Shown piece after piece: positions 40,470 through 55,015 of a stretch of 64,000 nt of DNA (position 1 is its first letter; each line of letters begins with the position of its first letter). A program made the position numbers and the translations under genes. This stretch comes from Tubiluchus corallicola. Its lineage: Eukaryota > Animalia > Priapulida. Where the stretch lies: the NCBI GenBank assembly GCA_030141605.1, contig JAQGDQ010000990.1, positions 8,500-72,499 on the forward strand, written 5' to 3'. The notes beneath the pieces were generated by a model. It ran no database searches and was not told the DNA's origin. It saw nothing but the letters and a program-made list of their open reading frames with translations.

Positions 40470-41870
40470 CATGATACTTAATGTTCATTTTTTGTATGAT
40501 ACTTAATGTTCATTCTTTGTAGGATGCTTAATGTTCATTCTTTGTATGATACTTAATGTTCATTCTTTGTAGGATGCTTAATGTTCATTTTTTGTATGAT
40601 ACTTAATGTTCATTATTTGTATGATACTTAATGTTCATTCTTTGTATGATACTTAATGTTCATTCTTTGTAGGATGCTTAATGTTCATTATTTGTATGAT
40701 TGTGACGATGTAGTATAATTTTCGATTTTGTAAAAGGGTGGCCAGTGACTTAAGTGTAACCCTTAGGTAAAGAATAAAACACTTAATCTGATATGATGAG
40801 CAAAACTATTGGAATAATAAGAATTTAATCAGCACCAACACATTATAATCAAACAGACAAAGTTTAGGCAATCAAGTAAAAATTAACAGTAGACATTTAG
40901 CCAGCAGGATTAAAAAAACTAACAAGAAAATTTTTATCACCAATCTTTCCTCGAGGTAAGTTTCACCTGTCTTCGTCCGCCATCTCTATCCAACGTCATC
41001 TTTCGGATTTTTCAACATCGGGCTTCTTCATGAAATAACGCACTACGAAACGGCAGGCTACACCATCTCTCTCTCTCCTGCTTCCTACCACGTAAACGAC
41101 ATCACCAAAGCCCGACAAACTCCGATCACTTCCTCCCGTCAACTCACACGGCGCCAAAACTGCATTGCGTTCGTCCTCCATTGCTGTGCTCGTCACAAGA
41201 TAACTTTGTAACGGCAGTAACGCCATCAGCAGAAAATATGTGTTATCGACACCACGTAAATACAATCAGCAACAGGTACAATACGTAAGTATCATCACTG
41301 GCTGGCAAGTATCATCACTAGTAGGTGAGTATCATCACTCAGCAGGTAAGTATCAATTATGTCACAACCATATTGACAGATTTGTTTTACTGTAAGGCAA
41401 AAGTTATATCTACTAGAGCATCATTTTGACATGAAAGCATCCGCTCAACTCGATAGCTTCGAGCAGAATACCTGGGCGAACTCTACTGCCAAAAATTTCA
41501 TTTACTTGGCTTCAATTGCATGATGTAGTAATGCATAGAAAGGTCACATTCAAGATACGGGTAAAATCTAATTTCAGAACGGGTTGGTCTCCAGTGTCAA
41601 AATGTCAAACTTATTTTAGTGGCAAACTTACTTTATATGAAAATTTAAAATGCCTAATGTTGAAATTATAACAGATCAAGAACTAGTTACATAACCTGGC
41701 CTATAATAACGATGGTAGCGTCACAATGATACTTAATGTTTATTCTTTATGTGATACTTAACGTTCATTTTTGTATGATACTTAATGTTCATTCTTTGTA
41801 TGATACTTAATGTTCATTCTTTGTATGATACTTAATGTTCATTCTTTGTATGATACTTAAAGTTTGTTCT
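40470..41870. repeat. 25-bp minisatellite split by a solo LTR
   Basis: Unit atgatacttaatgttcattctttgt at 40470-40700 and 41726-41870. Confidence 0.92.
40701..41725. mobile_element. Solo LTR (~1 kb)
   Basis: TGTGACG...CGTCACA termini with 5-bp TSD ATGAT; inverted related fragment at ~53850-53950. Confidence 0.85.
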
Positions 41871-42939
41871 TTGAAATTATTCGCTTGCTGGTCCTTTCTT
41901 TGTCTGGTTCACATGCCAGTGGGCTTATAAGAATCTTTGCTTCTCTAGCCCACTGCAGTAGCTATTCTTTTATGGTAACTATAGTGTATGAAACATAATA
42001 TAATAGTATGATGTGACTATTTTAACAGTTTGTCGCTATGTATTTCGAGTTAATATTGTATAGAATGTGACACTGATAAACGTCATCTTCAAAAAAAAAT
42101 TGTAAAATCAAGCATGGGCTAATTGTAAGCACCCGTGTTTGCAACGAGACTAGTACCGGTCTCGACTCGCCGAGATTATAGCTTTTTTAAAGGTCTCAGT
42201 CTCGGTAGGCAGTCTCGGCGGGAAATCGAGACAACTTTAATAAAGGTAACACAAATAAACAATTTTAACATTAAACCGACTCGAACAAAAGTAGAGACTG
42301 CAAAAACTGATAAAAACTTGATAAAATTTGTTTCAGACTTGATAAAATGAGACACGTGTCGGCAGTGGACTCCATCAAGAATCTTATGTTTGCTGCTGCT
42401 AGCTTACCAGCAGAAAGATTGTACAATGTAGATCGTAGATTGCAGAGTCACATGGTTTTCTAAACCAAAGCACCAGACAAACTTTTTGCTATAGATTTCT
42501 GTTTATTGTCCAGCGGCGCCTGGTGGGACTCTAAAATGATCCCTGAAATGATAAACGTCCACCAGTACCAAAAAATGTAGTTTTGCTCTGTAAATGAGTA
42601 AGAAGCTGCCTAAATGTGACCAAGGTTGTTTTCACACCCATGTTTCTAAGTTCAGCGAATGTGATGACCACGTTTTTGTAGCAGATAATATTTTCACAAT
42701 GGTTAGTACCACCATTTTCAAGTGTTTTTCGCCGATTACAAATGCAGTAATAAAAAACGTTCTAAAAACTGACTTTATTCTTATTTATTGCATGTCTACA
42801 TCGTATTAATTTCGGATATATATATATATATATACATAACCATTCACTATATTCACAGTGATCTATATAACAAACGAACGGTCTTAATCTAGTGTGCTCG
42901 CAGTTTTCTGCAAAACTTACACCTCTTATTTCTAGAGAA

Positions 42940-43092
42940 AGAGCCAGGGTATGGTGCTGGTGATAGTTAGATAACCGTAGGCGAATTTAGAATTCGCGGA
43001 AGGGCCACGGCGTCCCATAACTGGCGTTTTCCTGGACCCAACTCCCGATTTTTTTCGAAATTTTGATCAAATGGCCTGTAGAAAAAACGTAC
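42940..43092 (+). mobile_element. Diverged internal fragment of the Helitron family
   Basis: Matches ~6470-6630 (tttagaattcgcg..gggccacggcg..ggacccaactc..ttttttcgaaattttga). Confidence 0.75.
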
Positions 43093-43378
43093 ACAATGTG
43101 ATGATTATCTTGAGCGGTGATATTTCTAGCATACTGGTATTTTAAAGTTTGCTTACATTTCATTGTAGTCAATAATTGTCTCTCACACTTTTTACAGAAT
43201 TGAGGCAAACTGGCAAAGAAATTTTTAATTTTAGTGAAAAACCAAAGTCACTGTACATATGCTAAAACAATTTTTGAGACTTGCTAACGAATGGCAAATA
43301 GAAGCCAAAGACATGTAGTTTTCTAAACCTTTCCATGCGTGTGACGAATGCTACGGGTAAATGTACTGCTGATAACAG

Positions 43379-43462
43379 CTAGGTGACAGCTTGTTCTTTT
43401 TGTCCCAACTGAGATTGCAGGTTCTGTATAAGCTCTTCTTTGACCTTGAGTCGTTTTTCCAG
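43379..43462 (-). CDS. GABA-B-receptor-like GPCR terminal exon (coiled coil)
   Basis: ttttgcag acceptor; LEKRLKVKEELIQNLQSQLGQKEQAVT-stop, in phase with the upstream exons. Confidence 0.7.
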   Translation of the reverse strand: MEKRLKVKEELIQNLQSQLGQKEQAVT

Positions 43463-43875
43463 CTGCAAAAAATTCAAATTCTACGTAATAATCATTTATA
43501 CTGTGTTAGGTGAGTACACACAGTCGCACGCACGCAGGACGCAGACACACGCACGCAAACACGTGCGTGCGTGCGTGCGTGCGTGTGTGTATTCCATTAG
43601 TATATTACGCTAGGATGAGTAATGTTTTTAATGTATATAAGTGTGGTTCACTTATAGCAACAAAAGCGGTCATTGTAGTCAGTAATTAGTAGCTAGTGAA
43701 CCACTAAGGCCTATTTCGCTATATTTAGTTACCACTTTTCGTTGAATTTAGGCTTTCCATTTCGATCTTAAGTTGTTTATATGTATTTTAACGAAATGTA
43801 GTGTATAGCTTATGAAAGCCACACGTTTAGGAATTAGGATACGCCTGGCATTTGCATTAACATACCATAACCTAC

Positions 43876-44031
43876 CTCTCGAACTCTTTGCTTCGAAATT
43901 GTTAACTCAGTTACTAAAACACCAACTGGTTTTTGCTTCTGCATAGTCCCTTCTATTTTAGACACATTTGCCGATGATATTGATAGGTTGTCCACTGTTT
44001 TGACGTCATTCACGTTTCTGTAACCTTTTAT
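43876..44031 (-). CDS. GABA-B-receptor-like GPCR C-tail exon
   Basis: ttgtag/gtaggt, 156 nt phase 0-0; IKGYRNVNDVKTV...LTISKQRVRE. Confidence 0.7.
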
Positions 44032-44082
44032 CTACAAAGAAGGTATTTTGTAGACATTTACGAGCTTCAGGTAGAATCTTAA

Positions 44083-44861
44083 AGAACAAGAAAACCCCAA
44101 ATTAACATAAAGCTTAAAAACGTCTTGAAATTTTATATCACTCTCTGTCTCCGTCTCCCGCTCTCTCTCTCTCTCTCCTTCCTTCCCTCTCTTTCTCTTT
44201 CTCGTTCTCTCTCTCTCTCTCTCTCTCTCCCTCCCTTCCTCTCTCCCTCAGTCTCTCCATACTGCCTTTTTACATACAGAGCTTCAACCGGCAGTAACGC
44301 TGTATAAAACATGTAAATTTAAACTCCCTCGATGACCGTTATTCGCGGCCATTGAACGGTAAGTCGTTTGAAACAAGTTTAGATAACATTGTGTAAACTT
44401 TGAAAAAATAATCAGAGCATTTGTAGCGCACATGTTACTAACTAAGTAAAATTTTTAATTTCTGTAGCTTGTTAATAAGATTAAATATACGTTTTTGGTT
44501 AGTAAGTGGCGCACCCACGAGGGTGAGTCAGCGACATTTTACAAATATGGGAAAACATTTTAAATAATTATTTCTAGTTGCATAAGTCTTTCCTGCAGGT
44601 AAGCGAAATGCTAAGTAATATACATTTGCATGGAAAGTTTTTGGGGACATAATTTAACATTGTCTTTTCTTCCCCTGATTTACAACTGTGTGACGTCGTG
44701 TAATGGCGACTTCGGAACAAGTATTGCGGGAGATTTAAAATTAAGACAAACAAAAATTTCTTTCAATGCGAGCACGATATATGCATAAAATTGCTATAAA
44801 TTAATATAATTTTTAAAGCGATTTTTCTGAAACTTACTTCATGTATCCCTTTTCTTGTCCT
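44083..44861. mobile_element. Kolobok-type non-autonomous DNA transposon
   Basis: TTAA flanks; TIR AGAACAAGAAAA / TTTTCTTGTCCT; relatives at ~26145-26600, 57727-58222, ~60020-60675 (inverted) and ~12085-12190. Confidence 0.7.
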
Positions 44862-45029
44862 TTAACTAAATACGTTTGTTGAGGACATAGATGTCAGCTA
44901 CATTCAATGTTGCAGAATCGCGATATAAAAGTTCGCAGCTTGACTCGTATATCTTGATTAATAGCTTAGTTAAATGCTGCCTGAGCTGAAGTAGATAGAG
45001 ACAAGGGAGAAGGGAGCATACACGGATTA

Positions 45030-45653
<624 letters not shown>

Positions 45654-45696
45654 CTTGGTCCTTCTTTGCAAAATATAATCATCCGTACTTTCTTAC

Positions 45697-45885
45697 CTTG
45701 GGCACAAATATAAAGCAAATAGTGAACGTTGTTCCGAAAACTATTAAACGCGAGACAATTCCATATCTGGACGATGGCTGATCAGAGAGTACAAAAGTTA
45801 CTGCTACTCCCATTATAGACAAGACTGCTGCATTGTAGATGCATACGCCAATTAACTGTGAGTCGTTCAGAACTTCTACTTTTAC
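45697..45885 (-). CDS. GABA-B-receptor-like class C GPCR, TM6-TM7 exon
   Basis: ctcag/gtaag; VKVEVLNDSQLIGVCIYNAAVLSIMG...VFGTTFTICFIFVPK has the GABA-B LNDS..IG...YN and FVPK motifs; missed by the ORF track. Confidence 0.9.
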
Positions 45886-46071
45886 CTGAGAAAAAAGATG
45901 TGTTTGATGAAAGATTGGCGATCTTAATACAAGTGTGACAGATATTCACACAATATCAATTAATTATTTGGAATACATATTTGTAACCTGATGAGAAAAG
46001 ATGTTTGCCAGTTCCCTGCACACTATTTCCTTCTGCAGTGATAACACACATTGGCTTTATTCCACAATATC

Positions 46072-46088
46072 ACCACTAGGTGGCAGCG
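46072..46088 (+). promoter_or_regulatory. CTCF-consensus-like site
   Basis: ACCACTAGGTGGCAGCG closely matches CCACYAGRKGGCRS. Confidence 0.45.
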
Positions 46089-47699
46089 CCCAGTAATGAA
46101 CAATAGTCAGCAAGCAACAAAAACATTAAAAAACAATGACAACACGTAGGATTCCACAGCAATCATTTACTCACCTGCTGCTGCTGCTGCTGCAAGTTTG
46201 AATTTTAAATTACTGCTTGCTGGAAAGTTAGGCGATTCTAGTTCACCTCCCCCTGTACCTATTAGTCGTAGAGTGATTGGCCTTGTCTCTTTTGGAGATT
46301 TCTTTTTCAGCACTAAACAAGTGCTGGCGGTCGGCATTTTAGTAATTTATAAAACAAACAATGAAAATCAGCCGAACCTTTGCACTGTCATACACCAATA
46401 AATATAGCAGAAACAATATCCTCTCAATGCACACGAGACCTATTTACTCTCGGCAAGACATAAAATAATAATGTACGTAGCTCACCTTCAGATGCTGATA
46501 AGGCAACATTTAAGAAGATGCTTGATTAAAATTTAAAGGCTTTGTCGGTTAGCGCATGGCAACCAGGATGTTTAACTACTAAAGCACTTTAATACATGCC
46601 AGTCTTGTTTAGCTTAATTAGTGTACATTAGCGGACCGAGGTTTGTTACACGTAACAAAAGTACGTCATGTATAGAATATTTATTGTTACGGCCGATGAA
46701 ATCTGTGAAGAACGAAAACTTCTAAGGAAAAAAAGGAATTTTCTGAGACTTAAAGGGCACTTTGACATCTTTGACGGTTATGATTGTGACAAGTCACAGA
46801 AATGCACAATCTTATTTTCTTTTGACTTATGGTCTAAATAATATGGTTCATGCTGACCTCTTATTGACAATCTGGTTCTTATACTACAACAGAAGAATAT
46901 TCTCACACAGGGACAGGCCACATTTGGGCGCAAGACATTTGAGGGCCATCGCCTTCGTAAGCTGAATGGCAACGTGACTCGACCATGCAAGAATAAAACA
47001 TTTCCGTGTTGCGTTCCAAACCCACAATGTTGCCCTGTAGGGTGAAATTGTTTGAATCCTCGTTCACTGCCCTCTTACCTAAGAACTTAGAACTCTTGAA
47101 ATGTTACTCTCGTGAGTACGATCGTGCAATTAAAGCTGGAAACCACTACAAGTTACTTAGCATGTGTAAAAGCACTACTGCAAACGCAACATATGATTCA
47201 CGCATTTCACAAGAGACAGACAAAAGAGTTACAATTATTGTTATCGTACAATCCTGATATTGTACTCATGCATTAAGCACTTGCTCATTAATTGATCTGA
47301 TCGTTTTCCAGTTGGTAACTTGTATAAACAACTAAAGAACTCATTCTGTGTTATTTTTTCTAACGTATACATTATATTATTATTACATTATATTACAGTA
47401 CGGCTAGCTGATTTGCTGCCCTGAGGCTTATGGTTTTTGTGCAACACTAAACGCTGTTGAAATAAAATGCTGAACAAAATTCGTAATGTTTTCTACATCG
47501 TTGATTTCGATCGTTCAACAAGAATGTTAATATTAAAAGTGAAACCAGAAATTGCAGAGTCAATTGACTGGCCTTAAATTTTTATATCACTGCATATGTT
47601 AAATATAGTAATGTGATTTTAGTGAATAACGTGATATAGTGAATCATTAAAAGTTTAATAAACAAAAATAAAAAAACTAGGAACAACATTAAATTTTAT

Positions 47700-47960
47700 T
47701 GGCGCCCAAATGTTTCGTACCCAAGTTTCGTGTTCAAGTGTCTCTGTGCCCAAATATCCCATGTCCAAATGTCTCGTGCCCAAATGTCCCGTGCCCAAAT
47801 ATCTCATGGCCAAACATCCCGTGCCCAAATATCCCGTGCAAAAATGTCTCTATGCTCAAATGTCTCGTGCCCAAATGTCCCGTGCCCAAATATCTCATGG
47901 CCAAACATCCCGTGCCCAAATATCCCGTGCCCAAATGTCCCGTGCCCAAATGTCATGTAC
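47700..47960. repeat. 15-bp tandem repeat
   Basis: Unit gtgcccaaat(g/a)tccc with higher-order duplication. Confidence 0.92.
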
Positions 47961-48829
47961 CCTTTCACAGAATATTCTTAGATACTATTCTCACAAGATG
48001 GGTGCACTTCTTTTTTAACTGGACATAGGAAGCATTCACTGAAATTGTGCACCTACTGCTTAAAAGCATTGTCTTGACATTTTCTTAGCACCCCCCCCCC
48101 CCGACCTCAACCCCCTTGTGGAGCTGAATGCCACAAAAAAACATGAGAGAGAGCTATTTGGATGTAAGAAGAGCGCTCCACTTTGTCAATTCTTGCAAGT
48201 ATGATACGATTTTTCTAAATTTCTAATCCAGCTATTAAAAGTTGAACTCGTTGAGCTGGTTACAAGATTGATGCATCTACTATAATAGGAAGACTGTTGT
48301 AAAGCACTCAATCTGGGTGGCACAATTTTTTACTCTCACCGAGAATGCGCAGTGTGCTACACAATAAATGAACATCTAAACACGTGTGACGACTGAACTA
48401 CGTGTGTAAACGAAAATACATAAACGAAGTTAACGAAGCAAAATAAGATAATTAAATTTCGTGTAGCAGAAAGTTAGAAATTATACGTATTCTAATGACA
48501 AGTCAAGTTTAATGTTTCCTTGTTTTCAGTGTCAGTGAGTAAAAGACTAAAAGTCGATTTCTCTTTGTGTCACGTTTTATGAACTGATGAGCTAATTAAT
48601 CTATTGTAGTTCTTTGTCACTTATTTTGAATACCCCAAATGTCTTATACCTTGAAAGCTCACACTTAGTATTTTCCTCTTCTTTAATTAATTAAAGCAAA
48701 GAGACAGAAATTGTCACATTTTTAGCCAGGCACATTTTAGAAATCTTTGGGCGTGCAACCAGCTAATTTTCACGTCAGTAGATATTCATTGTTCAGTGTT
48801 CAGTCAACCATTTGCTATACGTTCATCAG

Positions 48830-49180
48830 AATTCATCAAACATTCAACTAACTAAGTATGACATTTTACAGATCATCAAATATTCAGCTAACTAGTTATG
48901 ACTTTTTGTAAATCATCTGACATTCAGCTAACTAGTTATGACTTTTTACAGATCATGAAATATTCAGCTAACTAGTTATGACTTTTTACAGATCATCGGG
49001 CATTCAGCTAACTATTTATGACTTTTAATAAATCATCAGACATTCAGCTAAGTAGTTATGACTTTTTACAGATCATCAGACAATCAGCTAACTATTTATG
49101 ACTTTTAATAAATCATCAGACATTCAGCTAACTAGTTATCATATTTTATAAATGTACAGACGTTCAGTTAACTAGTTATT
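48830..49180. repeat. 40-bp minisatellite
   Basis: cattcagctaactagttatgacttttta recurs with a 40-bp period. Confidence 0.92.
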
Positions 49181-51221
49181 ACATTAAATCCTTAAAAAAT
49201 TCAAATTTCATTATAATAAGTCAGAAAAATTTAACAATTACAATGATGAGTAATGTTTAAATTAACCTTGATTAATATATAGAAAGATGTATCATTATCG
49301 TATCAGCAGTGCTTGATTTCATTCCACTGTATTTAACGCGGATCTAAATAATGAGATGAGGCTCTACAGGATTTCATTAAACAGAAAATCTGGCTTTAAC
49401 ATCTAATTAATTACATTACAATTTTGTTTTCAGTCATCTCTCTATCATAGTTGATTGCTCACAAATCCCTCCTTACTAGCCCTTTTAAACCATGCTTAAC
49501 TTGTTCAATTCTGATTCACTGTTTTGTTTTCTTTATAATCTTTTCATTTTTTTACTCGTTTTTTAACGAGCTTGGCTTTCAGAGTGATTTACGACACAAT
49601 GGCAGGTTGTGAACAAGATTTAAAACCACAGTTATCTCCCTCAGACCCTCACCATTTAAAATAAGACCTATGAATTTTCTTCTAATGTATGGGCGCAGAC
49701 ATAACTAAATGATTGCAAATTAGGTACTGTTCTATTCAGCAGAATAACAACTATACAATGATGTTGCTTGCTTAGGCATTTATAAGTGGTTAATTCGGAT
49801 AAAATTTTAAAAAACGCCCACTTCAGGCATACTAACTTAGCTTATTGAGTAGCTTAGTCTGGCGTACACTTGCGTGATCGTAAAGGTAGCTACTGACGTA
49901 CACTAGCGAAAAGGTAGAAAATACACTATTATGGTTAGATTGGATAAAGGAGATGTTCCAACATAACTGCATACAAAAGTATCAAGATATTACGACGGCC
50001 TAGGCTGAGTCCCACCCATCTTTATTGTGGATTCATTATGATCGCTTGTAAAAGAATTGCAATACGCATCTACTTGTGGTGTATTAGTAGCTCTATTACC
50101 TAATACTTATGTGGTTACTGTTAATGAGCCGTTAAGCTGCGCAACTGCTTGTAGTTGTAGAACCTTTTACGTCATAATTGTACTTGTTATATGGCACTTA
50201 TATAAAAGTGGAGTCAGTAGCTGCTTGTGACGGGTTATAAAATACGCGCTTTATATGAATATGAAAGGATACGTATTTTCGAGGAGAGTGAGAATATAAT
50301 TTAACATTGACCCCCATTAAATCTGGGCGCCCCCCAAAATTTGGCACCTTGAGCTACAGCCTAGTTAGCCTGTTGGCAAGAACGTCCTTTGTCTGCATGG
50401 TAACACTAAAGAGAACCTAAAACAATCATTTAAGCGCCTCGAAACGTGTACAAAAAGTGTACAAAAATGTAGGTGTATAATGCTTAATTCTCTCGTATTT
50501 CCCTTTTGCTAAAGCAAGTGAAGAAGAGAAGTCTGTTTTGTAACAGTTTAGCATAAAAAAATTAGATTTTTGTACAACAACACAAGATGGTTTTATTTGA
50601 AGTGAGACATAATAAACTTATAAACCGTTAGCTAGTGTTTTGTGAAGTAGGGGATTCTGCATGTCTGGATCCAGCAGCGCTTAGATGATGCGGATGCTGA
50701 AGACCGATTGGAATTCATCTCATCGCCCATTCATCTCATCTGCTAACCATCATCTTAAGGATTTTTTGGCTTCCTGCAGAAGTCCAGCACACAGTGGCAT
50801 TGCCTATTCAACGTTGAAATTGTGACATGACCTGAAGACTGGAGCCTGGTTGCTCGTTATCAAGAATATTCCTCTATAAGCATGAGTAATTGAATGAGCT
50901 GAGCTGTTTCAGCTGGTTCAGATGTATATACATCATCCTCGTATAAGTAAACAACATGAGTATCAGAAAGAAACCTCTAAGAGTAAATCCAGGTAGTCAT
51001 GACCCAGTCACATAGTGTCTGCGCATATTCAAGTATTATAAATAGAAACTTTTAATTTAGTTAACCTAGGTATCAGTCATGCCATTCATTCATTCATTCT
51101 TTCAAAAAACAAAAAATCTAGTTTTGAGTCCCAGCGGAGGGCAATTTTTTTAATTTGCTATTTTACTCACAGTTATAAACTTCTTTGATTGTGCAAGATT
51201 ATTTTGTTATTTATTATTTTG

Positions 51222-51480
51222 TGCAACTAAAAACTTACTACACCATACTGGATACTGATGATTACTGGGATGGAGACGAGCGATATTTCAACACATCTCG
51301 TCTGGCTGCAAATATGGCGCCAGTTGAAGAAACATCACACAAAATCATCATCTCTGGAGGACCTCACATGGTACTGTCTGTCCTCCAATGCCTCTTCACC
51401 ATGGGTTATCCCAGCGACCGCATTTGGCGCGGAACAGATTCGTACCGTCTATAGCGAAAGCAAAACTTTCGGGACACACT
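51222..51480 (+). pseudogene. Isolated exon-like fragment of a cytochrome b5 reductase/FNR-type NAD-binding domain
   Basis: LKTYYTILDTDDYWDGDERYFN..IIISGGPHMV..LFTMGYPSDRI parallels YTL..W..GF..CGPPPM..L..G.P.ER; no AG acceptor after the T-rich tract. Confidence 0.55.
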
Positions 51481-54400
51481 TTGGATTGAAAAGGAGACAG
51501 AGGATGGACGACCCGGAAATATCCTGTGGATATCAGTTGGCTAGATAGTTTATAGGCCTTCAGTATTAACACTTAACAGAGCTAACGACTACTTCAATGT
51601 AAATTACAAGTTTAGGCTAATTATGTTAGTGTAGAGTTAGTGTAGAGCTAAAAACAGTTATGTCTAGTGTAGAGTTATTAATTTGGAATGTAGGCCATAA
51701 ACTTTATCTTTAGTTACTATCCTTCCAAAGAAGAGCTGTCCTTGAATAAAAGGAGAAATAGAAACATAACTTTTATGTTATAACTACATCGTATCATTTT
51801 TGGCTTCTACTGTTCTATGTTTAAAGTAAATTAAAAAAGTATTTCACCAAGAAAGAGCAATTTTACCACTTACTACGACATTAATCACAGTCTGTTTTAT
51901 ACCAAGCTAAAATATTCAATTAACTATTAATCAATGATTTAAGCGCAATTCCTTTGTTGGGCAATGCCAATATATAAGTGAAGTATTCAGTTCCATTTGT
52001 GAATCATTCCATAAGTGTAATATGAGTTCCTAACAACATTTTGGCTTAACCGCTAGACTTGTACTTTTGATTTCCTTATTATAATTAGGACAAACTGCAC
52101 AATCAATGAAAACTTTCTGAAAACTTTTACGTGTTGTGTTATTTCACTGGTTACTGTAAAACCTGGTTACCAGACTGATCGAACCAAGCAAGTCTTTTGA
52201 GCCTTGGACTCTCGGATAAGAAAACACCTCTTCAATGGTGGTAACGACAGTGAAACATGTCGATAACGACTGTTACTATGACCGCAGCTGCAGCAACAGA
52301 TAAACAAAAAATGGTGAAGAAAATGATGATCCTATTTAGGGCGCCAGTAGTTTTCATTTGTAGTCCTGTAGGTTCCACGGGCCACGACTTCTGCGCAATG
52401 ATAAACATTTTCCAACAGTCACAAATTCCAAACTATTTCGTTAAACGTAAAATTCAACTTAATATTTTCATACATTTTAAATATTCTCAAAAATTTAATT
52501 TAATTTTAATTTTATTTTATTTTTCATATTTTTAAATTTTTCAAATTGATAATGCGAATTAATCAATGTATAAAAACGGTTTTTTGGTCTAGTCAGTAAA
52601 AGGAAATGAGAAAATGCAGAACTTTACAGTTTGACTTCTGCTAATAATTATAATTATTTCAATACAAAGCAAAATGGATCTCAAACGGTTTTTTGGTTGA
52701 CATTTGTATAGTATGGTAATTCTTATTTGGTAGCTGTTTAACCTGTCCTATGTCTGGCGTTTTTGACTGATAGATCTTCGTCTGCGGTGGTCCTTTGACC
52801 GGTTATCCTTTGTCTGGTAGTCCATTGACCTGTGGTTCTTTGATCTTTGGTCCGTTGACCGGTGGTTTGATCCTTTTACCTTGACTAAAATTTAATGAAG
52901 CTGTTTGATTGTAGTACAAACATGGAAGTGGTATTACCTACTTGTGCATGGAGTAGTTAACACCACATTCATGTTTGTAGTGCAACTAAACATTTAATTC
53001 TACTAAACACTGTTTGAGACGATTTCAATTAGGAAATTATCGATTCTCTTTATGTCGCGTATGAAAATGGAACTAATAGTAAACAATAAACACGTGGACG
53101 TAATTATTGAGGTCATTTAACAAACATCTGACCAATAAATATATTTCAGTGGTTGATAAATGTCACAGGCTTATAAAGCCAAAATAAAGTAAAATATACA
53201 GATAACATGTAATAAATGTTCCTTCAAAAGCGTTATTAAGCATAGGTATATTAAAGAATATCCTACTGTTTTTAAAAATTGAAAATCATGTATTTTTTAA
53301 CGTTTTAAAGCAGATTATTCCGCGTTATATAGAACCATAACAACAAATATAAATCATAGCAAGAAGTCAAGTTGTTTTGAAATCGAGCACAGGTAAAAAT
53401 GACAGCTAAAAAGACACAAAATGTCACAAATTGAAAAGTAGGAAAAAAATAGCATATGTTATTTCGGTGCAACTAATTTCTGTAATAAAACTGAAATGTG
53501 CTCAGTAAGAAGTAGATCTCTACTAAGGAAAAAATTCTAAACATGTTCGTCTGATTCTTTTGATAACGAAACATAAAACAAAGATACAAAAATATAATTG
53601 TATAAATATTTTTTAGGCTAGCAAAAGACTCACAAAATATTTTGTCCATTAAATAGAATTATAATCAATTTATAATCAGTTATAATCAAGCAACACAAGA
53701 GCATCCCACATACTGTTTATCTACCTTTATTTAACGATTTGGCGATGATAATAGACCAACAAATATAAGTCCGATTTCCTAAAAACTCAAATCAAAATCT
53801 GTAAAGTATTCAAAATGCTTATTAAATTGCTACATTTTTGATAAAATTTAGTAGTTTGCTCATCATATCGGATTAAGTCTTTTATTCTTTACTTAAGAGC
53901 TACACTGAAGTCACGGGCCACTTATAATAGCTATGTAGTACAGCGTCTCATTTCATCTAATAACAATAAAACTACTGCTAAGTATTATGATAATATAGTG
54001 TTTTTAGTAAATGCAAATACGTTGGAGATACTATAAGGAAGCATAACATTATATTACATGAATAAAACCGGCAATGCAGTCAACTTTATTTGTAATTTGT
54101 TTAATCCATAATGCAAAGCATTTCTTTTTTATTTGAAGCAATCAATCATCTAACAACTAATCACTTACTCAGAAAATTAGCCTCGGATTCAGATGGTACT
54201 ACCATATTTTTTTAATCAGTTTACCAGAATCTGAGCTGAATCGGTACAAAAAAGTTCCACCGATTCTTAACCAGAAAGCAGTTTTTATTGTATGTTATCA
54301 ACATTAACTGTATAGCAATGACAGGCCTGGCCGCATAGTTGATTTCATCGTGCCCATAAACTTAACGCTGCTTGTTTTTATGGGTTGCGACAACAATACC

Positions 54401-54569
54401 TGGGTCTCATTTTGATACATAACCTGAAGCTTTAACGAGTAGTTCGTTTTTAGAGATACAACGTCCTTCTATTCAGTTCTGCATGGTAAAAATTAGACTC
54501 AAAGTCCAGAGTTCATTGGCCCAAAAAATTTATTAATTTACTGATATCAAAACTGCAAACTAACTATGT

Positions 54570-55015
54570 AATTTACTGGAAGAAAAATGTCTCCAAAGAA
54601 ACTGGTAAAAACATTAACAAAAATAATAAGTTACGAACTTATTCCAATTTTAAAAACAAGTTCATAGAAGAAAAATACTTATTGCAAAATCCCGTTAAAA
54701 GAGCAAATTCTTTCAAAGTTGCGTATTAGCTCACAAAAGCTCCTTATTGGAAAAACCGACACACCAAACCCTAAATCCCCCTTAACAACAGATTATGCCA
54801 TTTTTGTAAAGATAAAAAATTGATGACGAGAAGCATTTAATTCTTGAATGTAACTATTATAATGATTTAAGACATAGCCTGTTTTCTCATGTCAATTTTC
54901 CCAAACTTTATCAATCTTGCGGTACAGGAAAAATTTATATTTCTGATGAATGGAAATGAAATTGTGAACTTGCAATTTTAATTTCAAACTATATTACGGA
55001 CTGTTTTAAAAGCAG
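54570..55015 (+). mobile_element. Degraded LINE ORF2 3' end (L2/CR1-group or RTE-X-like)
   Basis: NNKLRTYSNFK..EEKYL..KLRISSQKLLI..RLCHFC..DDEKHLILECNYYNDLR CCHC region, frameshifted. Confidence 0.8.

Noticed and set aside
46685-47027. Solo LTR (TGTTAC...CA with AATAAA)
   Set aside because: No TSD or terminal inverted repeat match
50831-50860. Hammerhead candidate CTGAAGA..GAGC..GCTC (also CTGANGA at ~29358, ~45988, ~48584)
   Set aside because: No GAAA after the stem and no stem I
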